The position numbers were made by a program, and so were the translations under genes. A stretch of 64,000 nucleotides of DNA, from assembly GCF_006345805.1 (NCBI RefSeq), contig NC_043024.1:19778001-19842000 (forward strand), written 5' to 3'. Every line of letters begins with the position of its first letter. Within the stretch, counting starts at the first letter, position 1. Under the pieces are notes generated by a model. That model ran no database searches. It saw only the letters and a program-made list of their open reading frames with translations, and was not told the origin of the DNA. This document shows positions 1 through 11,828 of the stretch, piece after piece. The stretch is from Octopus sinensis. Taxonomy: Eukaryota.

Positions 1-150
1 TTTTCCTTTTTTTCATCCTCTGAATAATCCCAGATCAGAAACTGTTTAAGGCTCCAGTTCAGCTAAATCTACCTACCTACCTACCTACCCACCTACCTAC
101 CTACCTACCTACCTACCTACCTACCTACCCACCTACCTATCTATCTATCT

Positions 151-570
151 CTCTTTTACTCTTTTACTTGCTTCAGTCATTTGACTGTGGCCATGCTGGA
201 GCACAGCCTTTAGTTGACCAAATCGACCCCAGGACTAATTCTTTGTAAGCCCAGTACTTGTTCTATCAGTCACTTTTGCTGAGCTGCTAAGTTACGGGGA
301 CGTAAACACACCAACATCGGTTGTCAAGCAATGTTGGGGAGACAAACACAGACACACAGACTTATACACACGCATACATACATATATATATATATACATA
401 TATACGATGGGCTTCTTTCAGTTTCCATCTACCAAATCCACTCACAAGGCTTTGGTCGGCCCGAGGCTATAGTAGAAGACACTTGCTCAAGGTGCCACAC
501 AGTGGAACTGAATCTGGGACCATGTGGTTCATAAGCAAGCTACTTAAAACACAGCCACTCCTACGCCTAT
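151..570 (-). mobile_element. tRNA-derived SINE, working family A (full length)
   Basis: Head AGGCGYAGGAGTGGCTGTG, central (TA)n/(TG)n tract and (AAAAGAGT)n-like tail on the - strand; about 20 related copies or fragments in the window. Confidence 0.85.
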
Positions 571-618
571 CTATCTATCTATCTATCATTAATCAATTAA
601 TCAATCAATCAATTAATC

Positions 619-753
619 AAGAAGGGCATCCAGCCATAGAAACCCTGCCAAAGCAGACAGGAGCCTAGTGCAACCTTCCAGCTTGTCAGCTCCTATTAAA
701 ATGTCCAACCCATACCAGCAGGGGAAAACGGATGTTAAATACTGATGATGATG
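619..753 (+). mobile_element. Family C element (RTE 3'-tail-like) fragment with (GAT)n tail
   Basis: AAGGGCATCCAGC...CAACCCATACCAGC...GATGATG; matches the 3' end of the RTE at 63840-64000. Confidence 0.7.
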
Positions 754-761
754 AGAAATCT

Positions 762-1152
762 TTGTGTGGTAAGTAGCTTGCTTACCAACCACATGGTTCC
801 GGATTCAGTCCTACTGCTTGGCACATTGGGCAAGTGTCTTCTACTTTAGCCTCGGGCTGACCAATGCCTTGTGAGTGGATTTGGTAGATGGAAACTGAAA
901 GAAGCCTGTCGTATATATGTATATATATGTGTATGTGTGTTTGTGTGTCTGTGTTTGTCCCCACAACATCGCTTGATAACTGATGCTGGTGCGTTTACGT
1001 CCCCGTCACTTAGCGGTGTGGCAAAAGAGACCGATAGAATAAGTACTGGGCTTACAAAGAATAAGTCCTGGGGTCGAGTTGCTTGACTAAAGGCGGTGCT
1101 CCAGCATGGCCGCAGTCAAGTGACTGAAACGAGTAAATGAGTAAAGAGAGTA
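762..1152 (+). mobile_element. SINE family A
   Basis: Colinear with the other family A copies. Confidence 0.85.
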
Positions 1153-1253
1153 AGCAAACGTGTTACATACGATAAATTGTGAGGATCTGATCAGTGACTT
1201 TACAATTAAAAACTGTTGGAGAAAACTTTTCAAATATAAATAAAGTGGAAGTA

Positions 1254-2148
1254 TCTCTATATATATAAAACTGAGAATGTGTGTCTGTCTGTGTGTTTCC
1301 CTAAAACTTGAGAACTACACAACCAATTTCATTCAAATTTTACGCATGCCTTACTTTTTGCCTAGGGCGAGCCCACAGCAATATCATATCTTCTCCACTA
1401 CGATTCCCTAAAACTTGAGAACTATGCAATCAATTCCATTCAAATTTTAAACATGCCTTACTTAGGATCCATGTAGTTTCATGGGCAAAAAAAATGTTCA
1501 ACTTCTTGCCTAAAGCGAGCCCATAGCAATATCATATCTTCTCCACTATTTCAGTATTACATGTTAAAAGTGAAACAAAAACATTTCTCTATTTTATGTC
1601 AGATGCTTTCACTTTAACAATAAAAATTAGAGATAATAATAAGAATTGAATTATACGTAGTAAGTAATAATTAAAATCAAACTAAAGTATAATATAATCG
1701 TAACATAACAAAAGTAAAAATAGCAATTGGTATAAAATTGCATCAATGACTTGAACTTGAATAAGTGGTTTCACATGAATGGGAATAGATTAAATTAAAT
1801 CAACTGCGTACTGCTTTTTGATTCACCGTAAGGTTTGTTGTTATTATTATTACTGTTTAACTATTGTTATCACGTTTGTTGGTTCCTCGTAAGGGAAACG
1901 TTGTTGTGTTGCATTTGTTAAATAATTATAAACTGTAACCCTCCCCCTCATAATTATTTCCAGGTAACATTTTAATATTCCCTATATTAAATATAGTAAT
2001 ACTTACTTAATTATCTATTTTTCTAGAAACACAATTATTTCTTAATAACCTTTTAATACTCCCCACGTAAATATGTTAATACCAACTTAATTATCTCTCT
2101 ATCACACCTCAATTATTTCTAGTTGAGGTTTTAATATTTTCCGGGCAA
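1254..2148 (+). mobile_element. Non-autonomous Helitron-like element lacking its 3' terminus
   Basis: Begins A|TC-TCTATATATATAAAACTG like Helitron 5' ends; internal ~107-bp tandem duplication (1299-1405 and following); ends at TTTTCCGGGCAA, the first half of the expected 3' hairpin. Confidence 0.6.
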
Positions 2149-2685
2149 GTGCCTTCTACTATAGCCTCAGGCCGACCAAAGCCTTGTGAGTGGATTTGGT
2201 AGATGGAAACTGAAAGAAGCCCATCGTATATATGTATATATATATCGATGCTGGTGTGTTTATGTCCCCGTCACTTAGCGGTTCGGCAAAAGAGACCGAT
2301 AGAATAAGTACTGGGCTTACAAAGAATAAGTCCCGGGGTCGATTTGCTCGACTAAAGGCGGTGCTCCAGCATGGCCTCAGTCAAATGACTGAAACAATTA
2401 AAAGAGTAAAAGAGTAAAAGAGTATATATGTGTGTGTGTGTGTGTTGTGTGTGTGTGTGTGTGTGTGTGTTTGTGTGTCGGTGTTTGTCTCCCCAACATC
2501 GCTTGACAACCGATGTTGGTGTGTTTACGTCCCCGTTACTTAGCGGTTCGGCAAAAGAGACCGATAGAATAAGTACTGGGCTTACAAAGAATAAGTCCCG
2601 GGGTCGATTTGCTTGACTAAAGGCGGTGCTCCAGCATGGCCTCAGTCAAATGACTGAAACAATTAAAAGAGTAAAAGAGTATATA

Positions 2686-2716
<31 letters not shown>

Positions 2717-2937
2717 TGTGTGTGGTGTTTGTGTGTCGGTGTTTGTCTCCCCAACATCGCTTGACAACCGATGTTGGTGTGTTTACGTCCCCGTTACTTA
2801 GCGGTTCGGCAAAAGAGACCGATAGAATAAGTACTGGGCTTACAAAGAATAAGTCCCGGGGTCGATTTGCTTGACTAAAGGCGGTGCTCCAGCATGGCCT
2901 CAGTCAAATGACTGAAACAATTAAAAGAGTAAAAGAG

Positions 2938-2983
<46 letters not shown>

Positions 2984-3192
2984 TGTGTCGGTGTTTGTCT
3001 CCCCAACATCGCTTGACAACCGATGCTGGTGTGTTTACGTCCCCGTTACTTAGCGGTTCGGCAAAAGAGACCGATAGAATAAGTACTAGGCTTACAAAGA
3101 ATAAGTCCTGGGGTCGATTTGCTCAACTAAAGGCGGTGCTCCAGCATGGCCGCAGTCAAATGACTGAAACAAGTAAAAGAGTAAAGAGAGAG
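2143..3192 (+). repeat. Tandem array of SINE family A 3' halves (units start at 2421, 2678, 2936; period 257-258 bp)
   Basis: Near-identical units share private variants (GTCGGTGTTTGTCTCCCC in all three; GGCCTCAGTC and AAACAATT in the first two). Confidence 0.9.
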
Positions 3193-3452
3193 AGTAAATA
3201 TTATAACACTAATTTAATTATCTACCTGTCTCACCTTAGAACTATTTCTCGTTACCTTTTCAAAATACCTTGCATTATGCTAACACTAATTAAAATTTTA
3301 TTTCACACATAGTTAAGCTTTTAGGGCGACACAAATTTTTTTCAAATTTGATCTTATTCTGGAATATAAAGAAGAGATTGCAGCTAAAAGGTGCCAAGTC
3401 ACTTAACTGACCAATTTTATTTTATTTATCTTTATTTATTTTTTTCTAATAG

Positions 3453-3626
3453 ATCAAATTGTTCAAGAACTTGTGAACATAGATTCTCCCTTTATAAGCC
3501 ATACGGTCCGCGGCTTACATCCTTATACAACGTACATTTTCAGAGTAAGAGCTGCCAATGTTGAAAATGGTACAGAACTTTGGGGGAACTTCTCTTCACC
3601 TATCACAGTTACAACAGAAATACAAG
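3453..3626 (+). CDS. Exon of an FN3-repeat protein (C-terminal half of an FN3 domain), phase 1-1
   Basis: Polypyrimidine tract plus AG at 3451-3452; GTAAG at 3627; encodes QIVQELVNIDSPFISHTVRGLHPYTTYIFRVRAANVENGTELWGNFSSPITVTTEIQ with the FN3 motif LxPxTxYxFRVxAxN. Confidence 0.9.
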
Positions 3627-3689
3627 GTAAGAACCGAAGAATTCTTTATAACTCAAGAAAAAAATATATCATCTTGGTTTTTCCTTTTC

Positions 3690-4014
3690 GTCGGTGGCAC
3701 GTAAAAAGCACCATCTGAATCGTGGCCGAAGCCAGTGCCACCTCGACTGGCTTCCGTGCAGGTGGCACGTAAAATGCACCAATCCGACCGTGGCCGATGC
3801 CAGCCTCACCTGGCACCTGTGCCGGTGGCACGTAAAAGGCACCCACTACACTCATGGAGTGGTTGGCATTAGGAAGGGCATCCAGCTGTAGAAACATTGC
3901 CAGATAAGACCGGAGCCTGGTGCAGCCTTCTGGCTTCCCAGATCCCCGGTTGAACCGTCCAACCCATGCTAGCATGGAGAACGGACGTTAAACGATGATG
4001 ATGATGATGATGAT
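3690..4014 (+). mobile_element. Family C element (RTE 3'-tail-like) with internal ~65-bp units and (GAT)n tail
   Basis: Homologous to 63540-64000. Confidence 0.8.
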
Positions 4015-4206
4015 TTATAACTTAACTGTTTGTCTGTCCTGTGTATTACAGGTAAAATACAAAATATATCTCCCAGACTTCCCTGCATTATATATGGTAC
4101 AAATCCCCAATCTTTTTTCAATTGTTGAGTAGCTTGTGACTTATGAAAACTTTATATTACTTACAACATATGAAACAAGGATTAACGAAAGTTTGGAAAC
4201 AAATCA

Positions 4207-4643
4207 GGGATCTTTTCGGTTTGACCGGCAGTTTTTTTAAAATAATTTCCACATAACTAAACACTTTTAAACTTCGTATTCTGGTAGAATGTGTTTATAA
4301 AACATCTTTGTCTCTTGGCTTTATTGAGAAAATTCTATACTTTGTAAGATATTTGTTGTTGTTTTTCTTCAATTTCTGCAATTTCAACCAATCAGTGACG
4401 TCTATTGAGGTAAAAAAAAAAAACATTCTGTGCCGTATGAATATGTCCCTCGTTTAAGAAACAGATTGGGTTTATTTACACTTGTGAAGAAAAAAAGATA
4501 CCCTTCCCCCCAGCCCTAACCCTAACTAACCCTAACCCTAAAACAGATTGAAATGCAATAGATAGATACTAGGGTCATAATTATGGGTGACAATTTCATA
4601 TGACACCACTAGAAAAAACTGCCGTTCAAACCGAAAAGATCCC
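4207..4643. mobile_element. MITE with ~30-bp terminal inverted repeats (TIRs) and internal (CCCTAA)n
   Basis: GGGATCTTTTCGGTTTGACCGGCAGTTTTTT ... AAAAAACTGCCGTTCAAACCGAAAAGATCCC; second copy at 11829-12239 in the opposite orientation. Confidence 0.8.
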
Positions 4644-4964
4644 ATGATTATAAACAAGGAACCCTCTACACACTCTCTTGACCTGCTAGAAACAACCGCC
4701 AAATCACCTTCCAATTACACCTAACAATTGTAAAAAAAAGCACTGAATAATGTAAAGGAACCATTCTAGCTGAATAAAATCAGACGGGATGGTCGCCACT
4801 GGAATACCTCTGCTTCAATGAGAACTGGCCCATGGATAATTAAACAGCAATGACAAGGATATCAAATTCGAAACACTTTTATGAAATTCTAGAATATATT
4901 TGGTACCGCAACCAATTCTATAGTTTTACTTGTCTTTGACAGATCATTTGACTTCTATTTCTAG

Positions 4965-5035
4965 CACCGTCAGTCAGTCCCGGAAATTTCACAATTCACC
5001 AAATAAGGCAAAGAACGCTCGAGATTTCATGGGAG
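4965..5035 (+). CDS. 71-bp exon encoding the N-terminal part of an FN3 domain, phase 1-0 (absent from the ORF track)
   Basis: TTTCTAG acceptor and GTAAC donor; encodes (A)PSVSPGNFTIHQIRQRTLEISWE; joins the upstream and downstream exons in frame. Confidence 0.88.
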
Positions 5036-5091
5036 GTAACTCTAAATTTGTTTTCATTTTATTTACTCTTTTACTTGATTCAATCATTTAA

Positions 5092-5840
5092 AAATAATAA
5101 TAATGAAATTATTGTATACAGTGCTCAGGTGCACCACAACTTGTCAAAAGTGCGTATAAAGTATATGCAGTAATGTACCAATGTGTGGAATGTAAATAGT
5201 GTATGAGTCAGATACATGTTTGTGTGTGTATGGAGGGGAGAAAATCAGGTGTAGTGTTGGCGAATCTCAGGAAGCATGGAAGTTTTGAAGGATGCAGTGC
5301 TCCGACAACTAACAACTGATGCCGGCAGTTTGTTCCATGCTTCAGCAACTCTTAGCTTGAAAACATTTTTCCGAAAGTCATGGGAGCTGTGCTGTTTTCT
5401 GACTTTGTAAACATGTCCACGGGTGTTAGACAGGTGGAGTTTGAAAAGGGACTCAGAGTTATTGTTAGTAAGATGGTTGATAATTTTATGGGTGTCTGCC
5501 AAGTCAGCTGCCAGACGTCGGAGTTTCAATGTGTCCATGCCCAGGGACGTAAGGCGTTCAGAATATGGCAAGTGCCTGATGGAGGGTATTCTCTTGGTTG
5601 TCAGATACATGGTTGCATGTGTATGGAGGAGATAAAATCAGGTGTAGTGTTGGTGAATCTCAGAAAGCATGGAAGTTTTGAAGGATGCAGTGCTCCGACA
5701 ACTAACAACTGATGCCAGCAGTTTCTTCCATGCTTCAGCAACTCTTTGTGTGAAAAAATGTTTCTGAAAGTCATGGGAGCTGTGCTATTTTCTGACTTTG
5801 TAAACATGTCCACGGGTGTTAGACAGGTGGAGTTTGAAAA
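5092..5840 (-). mobile_element. CR1/L2-type LINE 3' end plus a partial tandem second copy (5611-5840)
   Basis: ORF 5245-5610 reads LPYSERL..L..LKLRRL..DL...NTRGH..K.......F..RV..AWNKLP, the typical CR1 C-terminus; (ATT)n tail near 5092-5105. Confidence 0.85.
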
Positions 5841-5862
5841 TAATAATAATTATTATTATTAT

Positions 5863-5907
<45 letters not shown>

Positions 5908-5981
5908 TATAATAATAATTATAATAATAATTAATAATAATTATAATAATAATTATAATAATAATAATGATAATAATAATT

Positions 5982-6012
<31 letters not shown>

Positions 6013-6126
6013 TTATAATAATAATAATATAATAATAATAATAATTATAATAATAATAATAATTATTATTATTATAATAATTATAATAATAATAATAATA
6101 ATTATAATAATAATAATAATAATAAT
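5838..6126. repeat. (AAT)n microsatellite, left flank of the Dong/R4 element
   Basis: Direct inspection. Confidence 0.95.
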
Positions 6127-7752
6127 GAGAAGTGTGCCAAGGCCACTTTCCAGAAAGGGAAAGTGAAGACCACAAATTCAGTTGTGTTAGATGTTGACAC
6201 AGTCATAAGAGAACTTGAGCAAGAACAAACATACAAATATTTAGGGATAAATGAAGGCTCTGGTATTCAGCATGCAAGCATGAAAGAGAAAATCAGGAAG
6301 GAATGTTATAGGAGAGTTCCTGCAGTCCTGAAATCTGAACTAAATGCACGTAACAAGGTGTTAGCTATAAATTCCTTAGCAGTTCCAGTTGTTACTTATA
6401 GCTACAATGTGTTGAACTGGAATATGAGTGAAGTAAAGAATATAGATAGAAAAATACGCAAGCTGCTGAGTTGTAATAGGATGCACCACCCAAAGGCAGA
6501 CGTAGATCGCCTTTACCTTCCCAGAGCCCAAGGAGGTCGAGGCCTGATCCAATTTGAACTAGCTTACAAAACAACCACAATTGGACTGGCCAAATATCTC
6601 GAAATATCGAATGACTGGATGCTAAAGCTCGTGGAAAATCACGAGAGACGAAAGAAGCTTCGTTCTATCATCAAGGAAAGCAAAAAATTTGCTATTGATC
6701 TCGTGCAGGATACCCAGACTGAACAACCCGAGGGAAGTACGGCAACTATTGTTGCAAAGAAGGTGAAAATGATGGCAATAAAAAAGCGCACGAGCAATTG
6801 GCTGATAGGTGGGAGGAGAAACCTCTGCACGGCAAATATGTGACCCGCAGCAAACAAGCTGATGTTGACCAGAAGCAAACCCATCAGTGGCTACGGAGCT
6901 CAGGGCTAAAAGCAGAGAGCGAAGGTTTCATCCTGGCTGCTCAAGACCAAAGCCTATCAACCCGGAACTACCAGGCCAATGTGATGAAAAATGGAGCAGA
7001 CCCAAAATGCCGATTCTGCAACGACATGATTGAAACAGTGGACCACCTAATCTCTGGATGTAAAGTCTTAGCACCAGTGGATTATAAATTAAGACATGAC
7101 AGAGTTGGCCAATATCTCCACTGGCTAATAAGTCGGCATTACAATATCAAAACTGCCGACAAGTGGTATAATCACCACCCTGAGGCTGTAACTGAAGGAG
7201 AAAATGTAACCATTCTGTGGGACTTTCCAGTACATACAGACCGAACCATCAAGGCCAATAAACCAGATATTGTTGTGAAAGACCAAAACAATAAAGTTTG
7301 CTTATTGATCGACATGAGCATCCCTGTGATCATAATATCTCAGCGAAAGAGTTTGACAAGCTCAGAAAATATAAAGACCTACTCATTGAAATTGAGAAAA
7401 TGTGGTATCTCAAGGCGGTTACAATACCAGTGATCGTAGGAGCACTAGGAATGATCAAGAAGGGAACCGAAAATTATATGAGAATGATCCCTGGCTTACC
7501 ATCCCTGCAAGAAGTGCAAAAGATTGTCTTAACTGATACATCACACGTATTGAGAAGAGCATTGTCGATGTGAGAACTGTTGCTGCTCATGCATTTTAAT
7601 TTAACTTTAAAAAAAAAAATAAAAAAAAAAAATTAACGAACTACTGAGTTTGATTTAATGGCCTACCAATATACACTATGAGTTTCTTTGCCCTAGGAGT
7701 CGGGAAGACACTCAGCAAGAAATGGAAGAAAATTTGAAAGAAGAAAAAAAAG
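6127..7752 (+). mobile_element. 5'-truncated Dong/R4-clade non-LTR retrotransposon (RT C-terminus, CCHC finger, restriction-like endonuclease)
   Basis: YKYLG, LYLPRAQGGRGL, CRFC..ETVDHLISGC and KPDIVV..LIDMSIP..K..KY motifs across three overlapping ORFs (two frameshifts, near 6790 and 7320); 3' UTR runs into (TAA)n. Confidence 0.9.
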
Positions 7753-7777
7753 TAATAATAATAATAATAATAATAAT

Positions 7778-7813
<36 letters not shown>

Positions 7814-8352
7814 TATAAAATAATGATTATTATAATAATAATAATAATAATAATAATAATTATAATAATAATAATAATAATATTATAATAATAATTATAA
7901 TAATAATAATAATTATAATAATAATTATAATAATAATATAATAATAATAATAATTATAATAATAATTATAATAATAATAATGATAATAATAATAATAATT
8001 ATAATAATAATAATAATTATAATAATAATAATATAATAATAACGAGAATAATAATAATAATAATTATAATAATAATTATAATAATAATAATGATAATGAT
8101 AATAATAATTATAATAATAATAATGATAATGATAATAATAATAATAACGAGAATAATAATAATAATTATAATAATAATTATAATAATAATAATTATAATA
8201 ATAATAATAATTATAATAATAATTATAATAATAATAATGATAATGATAATAATAATAATATTATAATAATAATAATAATAATTATAATAATAATAATAAT
8301 TATAATAATAATTATAATAATAATTATAATAATAATTATAATAATAATTATA

Positions 8353-8387
<35 letters not shown>

Positions 8388-8409
8388 TATAATAATAATT
8401 ATAATAATA

Positions 8410-8440
<31 letters not shown>

Positions 8441-8484
8441 TAATAATAATTATTAATAATAATAATAATAAAATAATGATAATG

Positions 8485-8521
<37 letters not shown>

Positions 8522-9068
8522 TATAATAATAATTATAATAATAATAATAATAATAATTGTAATAATAATTATAATAATAATGATAATAATAATATAATAA
8601 TAATAATATAATAATTATAATAATAATTATAATTAATAATAATAATTATAATAATAATTATAATAATAATAATAATAATAATAATAATTATAATAATAAT
8701 TATAATAATAATAATGATAATAATAATAATAATTATAATAATAATAATTATAATATAATAATAACGAGAATAATAATAATAATTATAATAATAATTATAA
8801 TAATAATAATGATAATGATAATAATATTATAATAATAATAATTGTAATAATAATTATAATAATAATGATAATAATAATAATAATTATAATAATAATTATA
8901 ATAATTATAATAATTATAATAATAATAATAATTATAATAATAATTATAATAATAATAATGATAATGATAATAATAATATAATAATAATAATAATAATAAT
9001 TATAATAATAATAATTATAATATAATAATAATAATAATAATTATAATAAAATTATAATAATAATTATA

Positions 9069-9103
<35 letters not shown>

Positions 9104-9125
9104 TATAATAATAATTATAATAATA

Positions 9126-9156
<31 letters not shown>

Positions 9157-9188
9157 TAATAATAATTATAATAATAATTATAATAATA

Positions 9189-9222
<34 letters not shown>

Positions 9223-9295
9223 AATAATAATAATAATTATAATAATAATTAATAATAATAATAATAATAATTGTAATAATAATTATAATAATATG

Positions 9296-9330
<35 letters not shown>

Positions 9331-9380
9331 TGTAATAATAATTATAATAATAATGATAATAATAATAATAATAATGATAA
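7753..9380. repeat. ~1.6 kb (AAT)n array with AAT/TAT/GAT variants
   Basis: Direct inspection; the AACGAGAAT variant recurs near 8041, 8147 and 8763. Confidence 0.95.
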
Positions 9381-9463
9381 CTATTCAATTCCAAAGCATG
9401 CAATCAGACATCTCATTTATCTTTTACCTTTCTTTATTTTTTTTTTCATGTTTTGTGTTTTAG

Positions 9464-9701
9464 CCTCCTCCAAGATTTTACCAAAACGGTCCCCTCACTC
9501 ACTATGTGGTGAACTACAAGGCCATCAGTTCCATAGATGACTACCCAGATGTAAACAGACAATATTTCCCAGCAGACAGTCTCAAAGCCAACGTTACGGG
9601 ACTTTTATCTGGAACGAAGTATTCTTTCGAAATTGCTGCGGAGAATGAGGCAGGGCAAGGCCCAGCTTCTAATCCGGTCTATTTCACGACCTCCCCTGAA
9701 G
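9464..9701 (+). CDS. 238-bp exon encoding the remainder of an FN3 domain, phase 0-1
   Basis: Long T-rich tract plus TAG acceptor; GTAAA donor at 9702; encodes PPPRFYQNGPLTHYVVNYKAISSIDDYPDVNRQYFPADSLKANVTGLLSGTKYSFEIAAENEAGQGPASNPVYFTTSPE. Confidence 0.92.
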
Positions 9702-9814
9702 GTAAATGGATAGAAATTATCAATGTATTTTTATTATACTAATAATAACCTTTTTCTTTATTGACCACACGGACTGAGCACAAAGCAAAGAGGGAGAGTA
9801 CGATATGAGGGACA

Positions 9815-10515
9815 AATGTTAGCATGCCGGGTGAAATGCTTAGTGGTATTTCGTCTACTGCTATGATCTGAGTTCAAATTCCGCTGAGGTCGACTAAGGC
9901 GATGAGCTGGCAGAAACGTTAGCACGCCGGGTGAAATGCTTTGATGTATTTCGTCTGCCGCTACCTTCTGAGTTCAAATTCCGCCGAGGTCGACTTTGCC
10001 TTTCATCCTTTCGGGGTCGATAAATTAAGTACCAGTTACGCACTGGGGTCGATGTAATCGACTTAATCCCTTTGTCTGTTCTTGTTTGTCCCTTCTGTGT
10101 TTAGCCCCTTGTGGGTAGTAAAGAAATAGGTGTTTCGTCTGCCGTTATGTTCTGAGTTCAAACTCCGCCGAGATCGACTTTACCTTTCATCCTTTTGATA
10201 AATTTAGTACCAGTTGCATACTGGAGTCGATCTAATCGACTGGCCCCCTCCCTCAAAATTTCAGGCCTTGAGCCTAGAGGAAAAAAAAGTATATTTGAAG
10301 GTGGTGAGCTGGCAGAAACGTTAGCGCACCGGGCGAAATGCTTAGCAGTATTTCGTCTACGGTTACGTTCTGAGTTCAAATTCCGCCAAGGTCAACTTTG
10401 CCTTTCATCCTTTCGGGGGCGATTAAATAAGTACCAGTTACACACTGGGGTCGATGTAATCGACTTAATCCCTTTCTCTGTCCTTGTTTGTCCCTTATGG
10501 GTAATAAAGAAATAA
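9815..10515 (+). mobile_element. Head-to-tail multimer of SINE family B
   Basis: Repeated GAGCTGGCAGAAACGTTAGC...GTTCAAATTCCGCC...GCCTTTCATCCTTTCGGGGTCGATAAA...AAAGAAATAG modules; the core resembles the Meta-domain type of SINE body (from recall, unverified). Confidence 0.85.
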
Positions 10516-10818
10516 GAATATTCAATGGGAGGGCTTGATTAATACCTTTGACACCAATACATAGCTGGTACTTAGTTTTATCAGAGGTTTTGGATTGGTA
10601 GATCTGTTTGAGCATCGGGGAAAATATTTGGCAGTAATTTCTCTGGCTCCTTGGATTGTGAGTTCAAATCCGACCAACGATGACTTTGCCTTTCATTCTT
10701 TCATGGAGCAAACGAGTGAGCCTATCCCCCATCAGTGGTTCTTAACCATTGGTTCCTATTTTACTCAGGTGGACCCTCATAGCCATTCCATGTTTTAAAA
10801 AAGTCATGTAATTAAAAT

Positions 10819-11325
10819 GCTACAGTAGCATCCACCCTTAGTGGTTAGCCACATTTAAGTGACAAATATACTTCACGATGTGTTGCAGCTACTGTTTATA
10901 TCTCACTCAGAGATTTATTATTGCTTTATTGCACTTTTTCGGTATCAGCAGCTCTTCGTTACTGGAAAAAGGATATATATTTGCAAAGGGAAGCTATCCT
11001 TTCCGTCTTCAACCTATGATACACATGGACTCGAGTTTCTGAATATTGACCTTTCATCAACAACTCATGATTGTCACACGCTGATGACAGGTCAATATTC
11101 AGAAACTCGAGTCCATGTGTATCATAGGTTGAAGACGGAAAGGATAGCTTCCCTTTGCAAATACTAATAGGACACAGAAAGTGTGTCTATAGCCAGCTGG
11201 AGGAGGTGTCCTCCTGGGGCTACAAGCTACAGTAGCATCCACCCTTAGGGGTTAGCCACATTTAAGTGGCAAATATACTTCACGATGTGTTGCAGCTACT
11301 GTTTATACCTCGCTCAGAGGTTTAT
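10819..11325 (+). mobile_element. Retrozyme-like non-coding element, copy 1 (100-bp direct repeats, 407-bp period, HHR motif, perfect 75-bp inverted repeat)
   Basis: Direct repeats at 10819-10918 and 11226-11325 (5 mismatches); homologous to 19133-19624; possible TSD TAATTAAA(A)T. Confidence 0.75.
11067..11125 (+). ncRNA. Minimal type I hammerhead ribozyme motif (stem II degraded)
   Basis: CUGAUGA at 11081-11087, GAAA at 11102-11105, palindromic stem III ACUCGAGU, GUC triplet at 11111-11113; stem I CACACG/CAUGUG plus distal AUGAU/AUCAU. Confidence 0.7.
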
Positions 11326-11828
11326 AATTAAATATTATTAATTACAATTAGATATTATTAGGAATTGTATTTAAAAAAAGCTGTGAAAATAATGTGTTGT
11401 AGAAATTTAACCAATTTTATTGCACAAACATTTTAACAACAGGATCTTATAAGGGCCTACAAGGGACATGTGGACCCCAGATAAGAACCACATGGTCGTG
11501 GGAAATAGCAGTCAAATCGTCCTCACTTTATACCCAATGCTCCTATAAGAGAACACGTTCGTAGTCTAGTAAAAAATACATTACCAATGCTAGTACGAAA
11601 GTCAGGATGGTCATATCTGGAACGTCCTAAATAACATTTCTAGTTAGTACTGATTGAAGGATGCATTGTGGTCTCCAAATAAGGGAAATAACTCAGAACT
11701 ATATATATTAAAGTTACTTCCCTTGAAGCAACTTTCCATATGTTTATTCGCCTTCACAGTAACTCAAGTTGCTACCCCTTAACTTCAGATTGTTTACCGT
11801 ATTTGATAGCATACAAGATATCCGTGTT

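Noticed and set aside
4052-4130. Possible alternative exon after TATTACAG
   Set aside because: The peptide (GKIQNISPRLPCII...) is not FN3-like and soon hits a stop; 4965-5035 fits phase and domain much better.
4513-4540. Telomeric CCCTAA repeats
   Set aside because: Only about three units, inside a MITE present twice; not a telomere.
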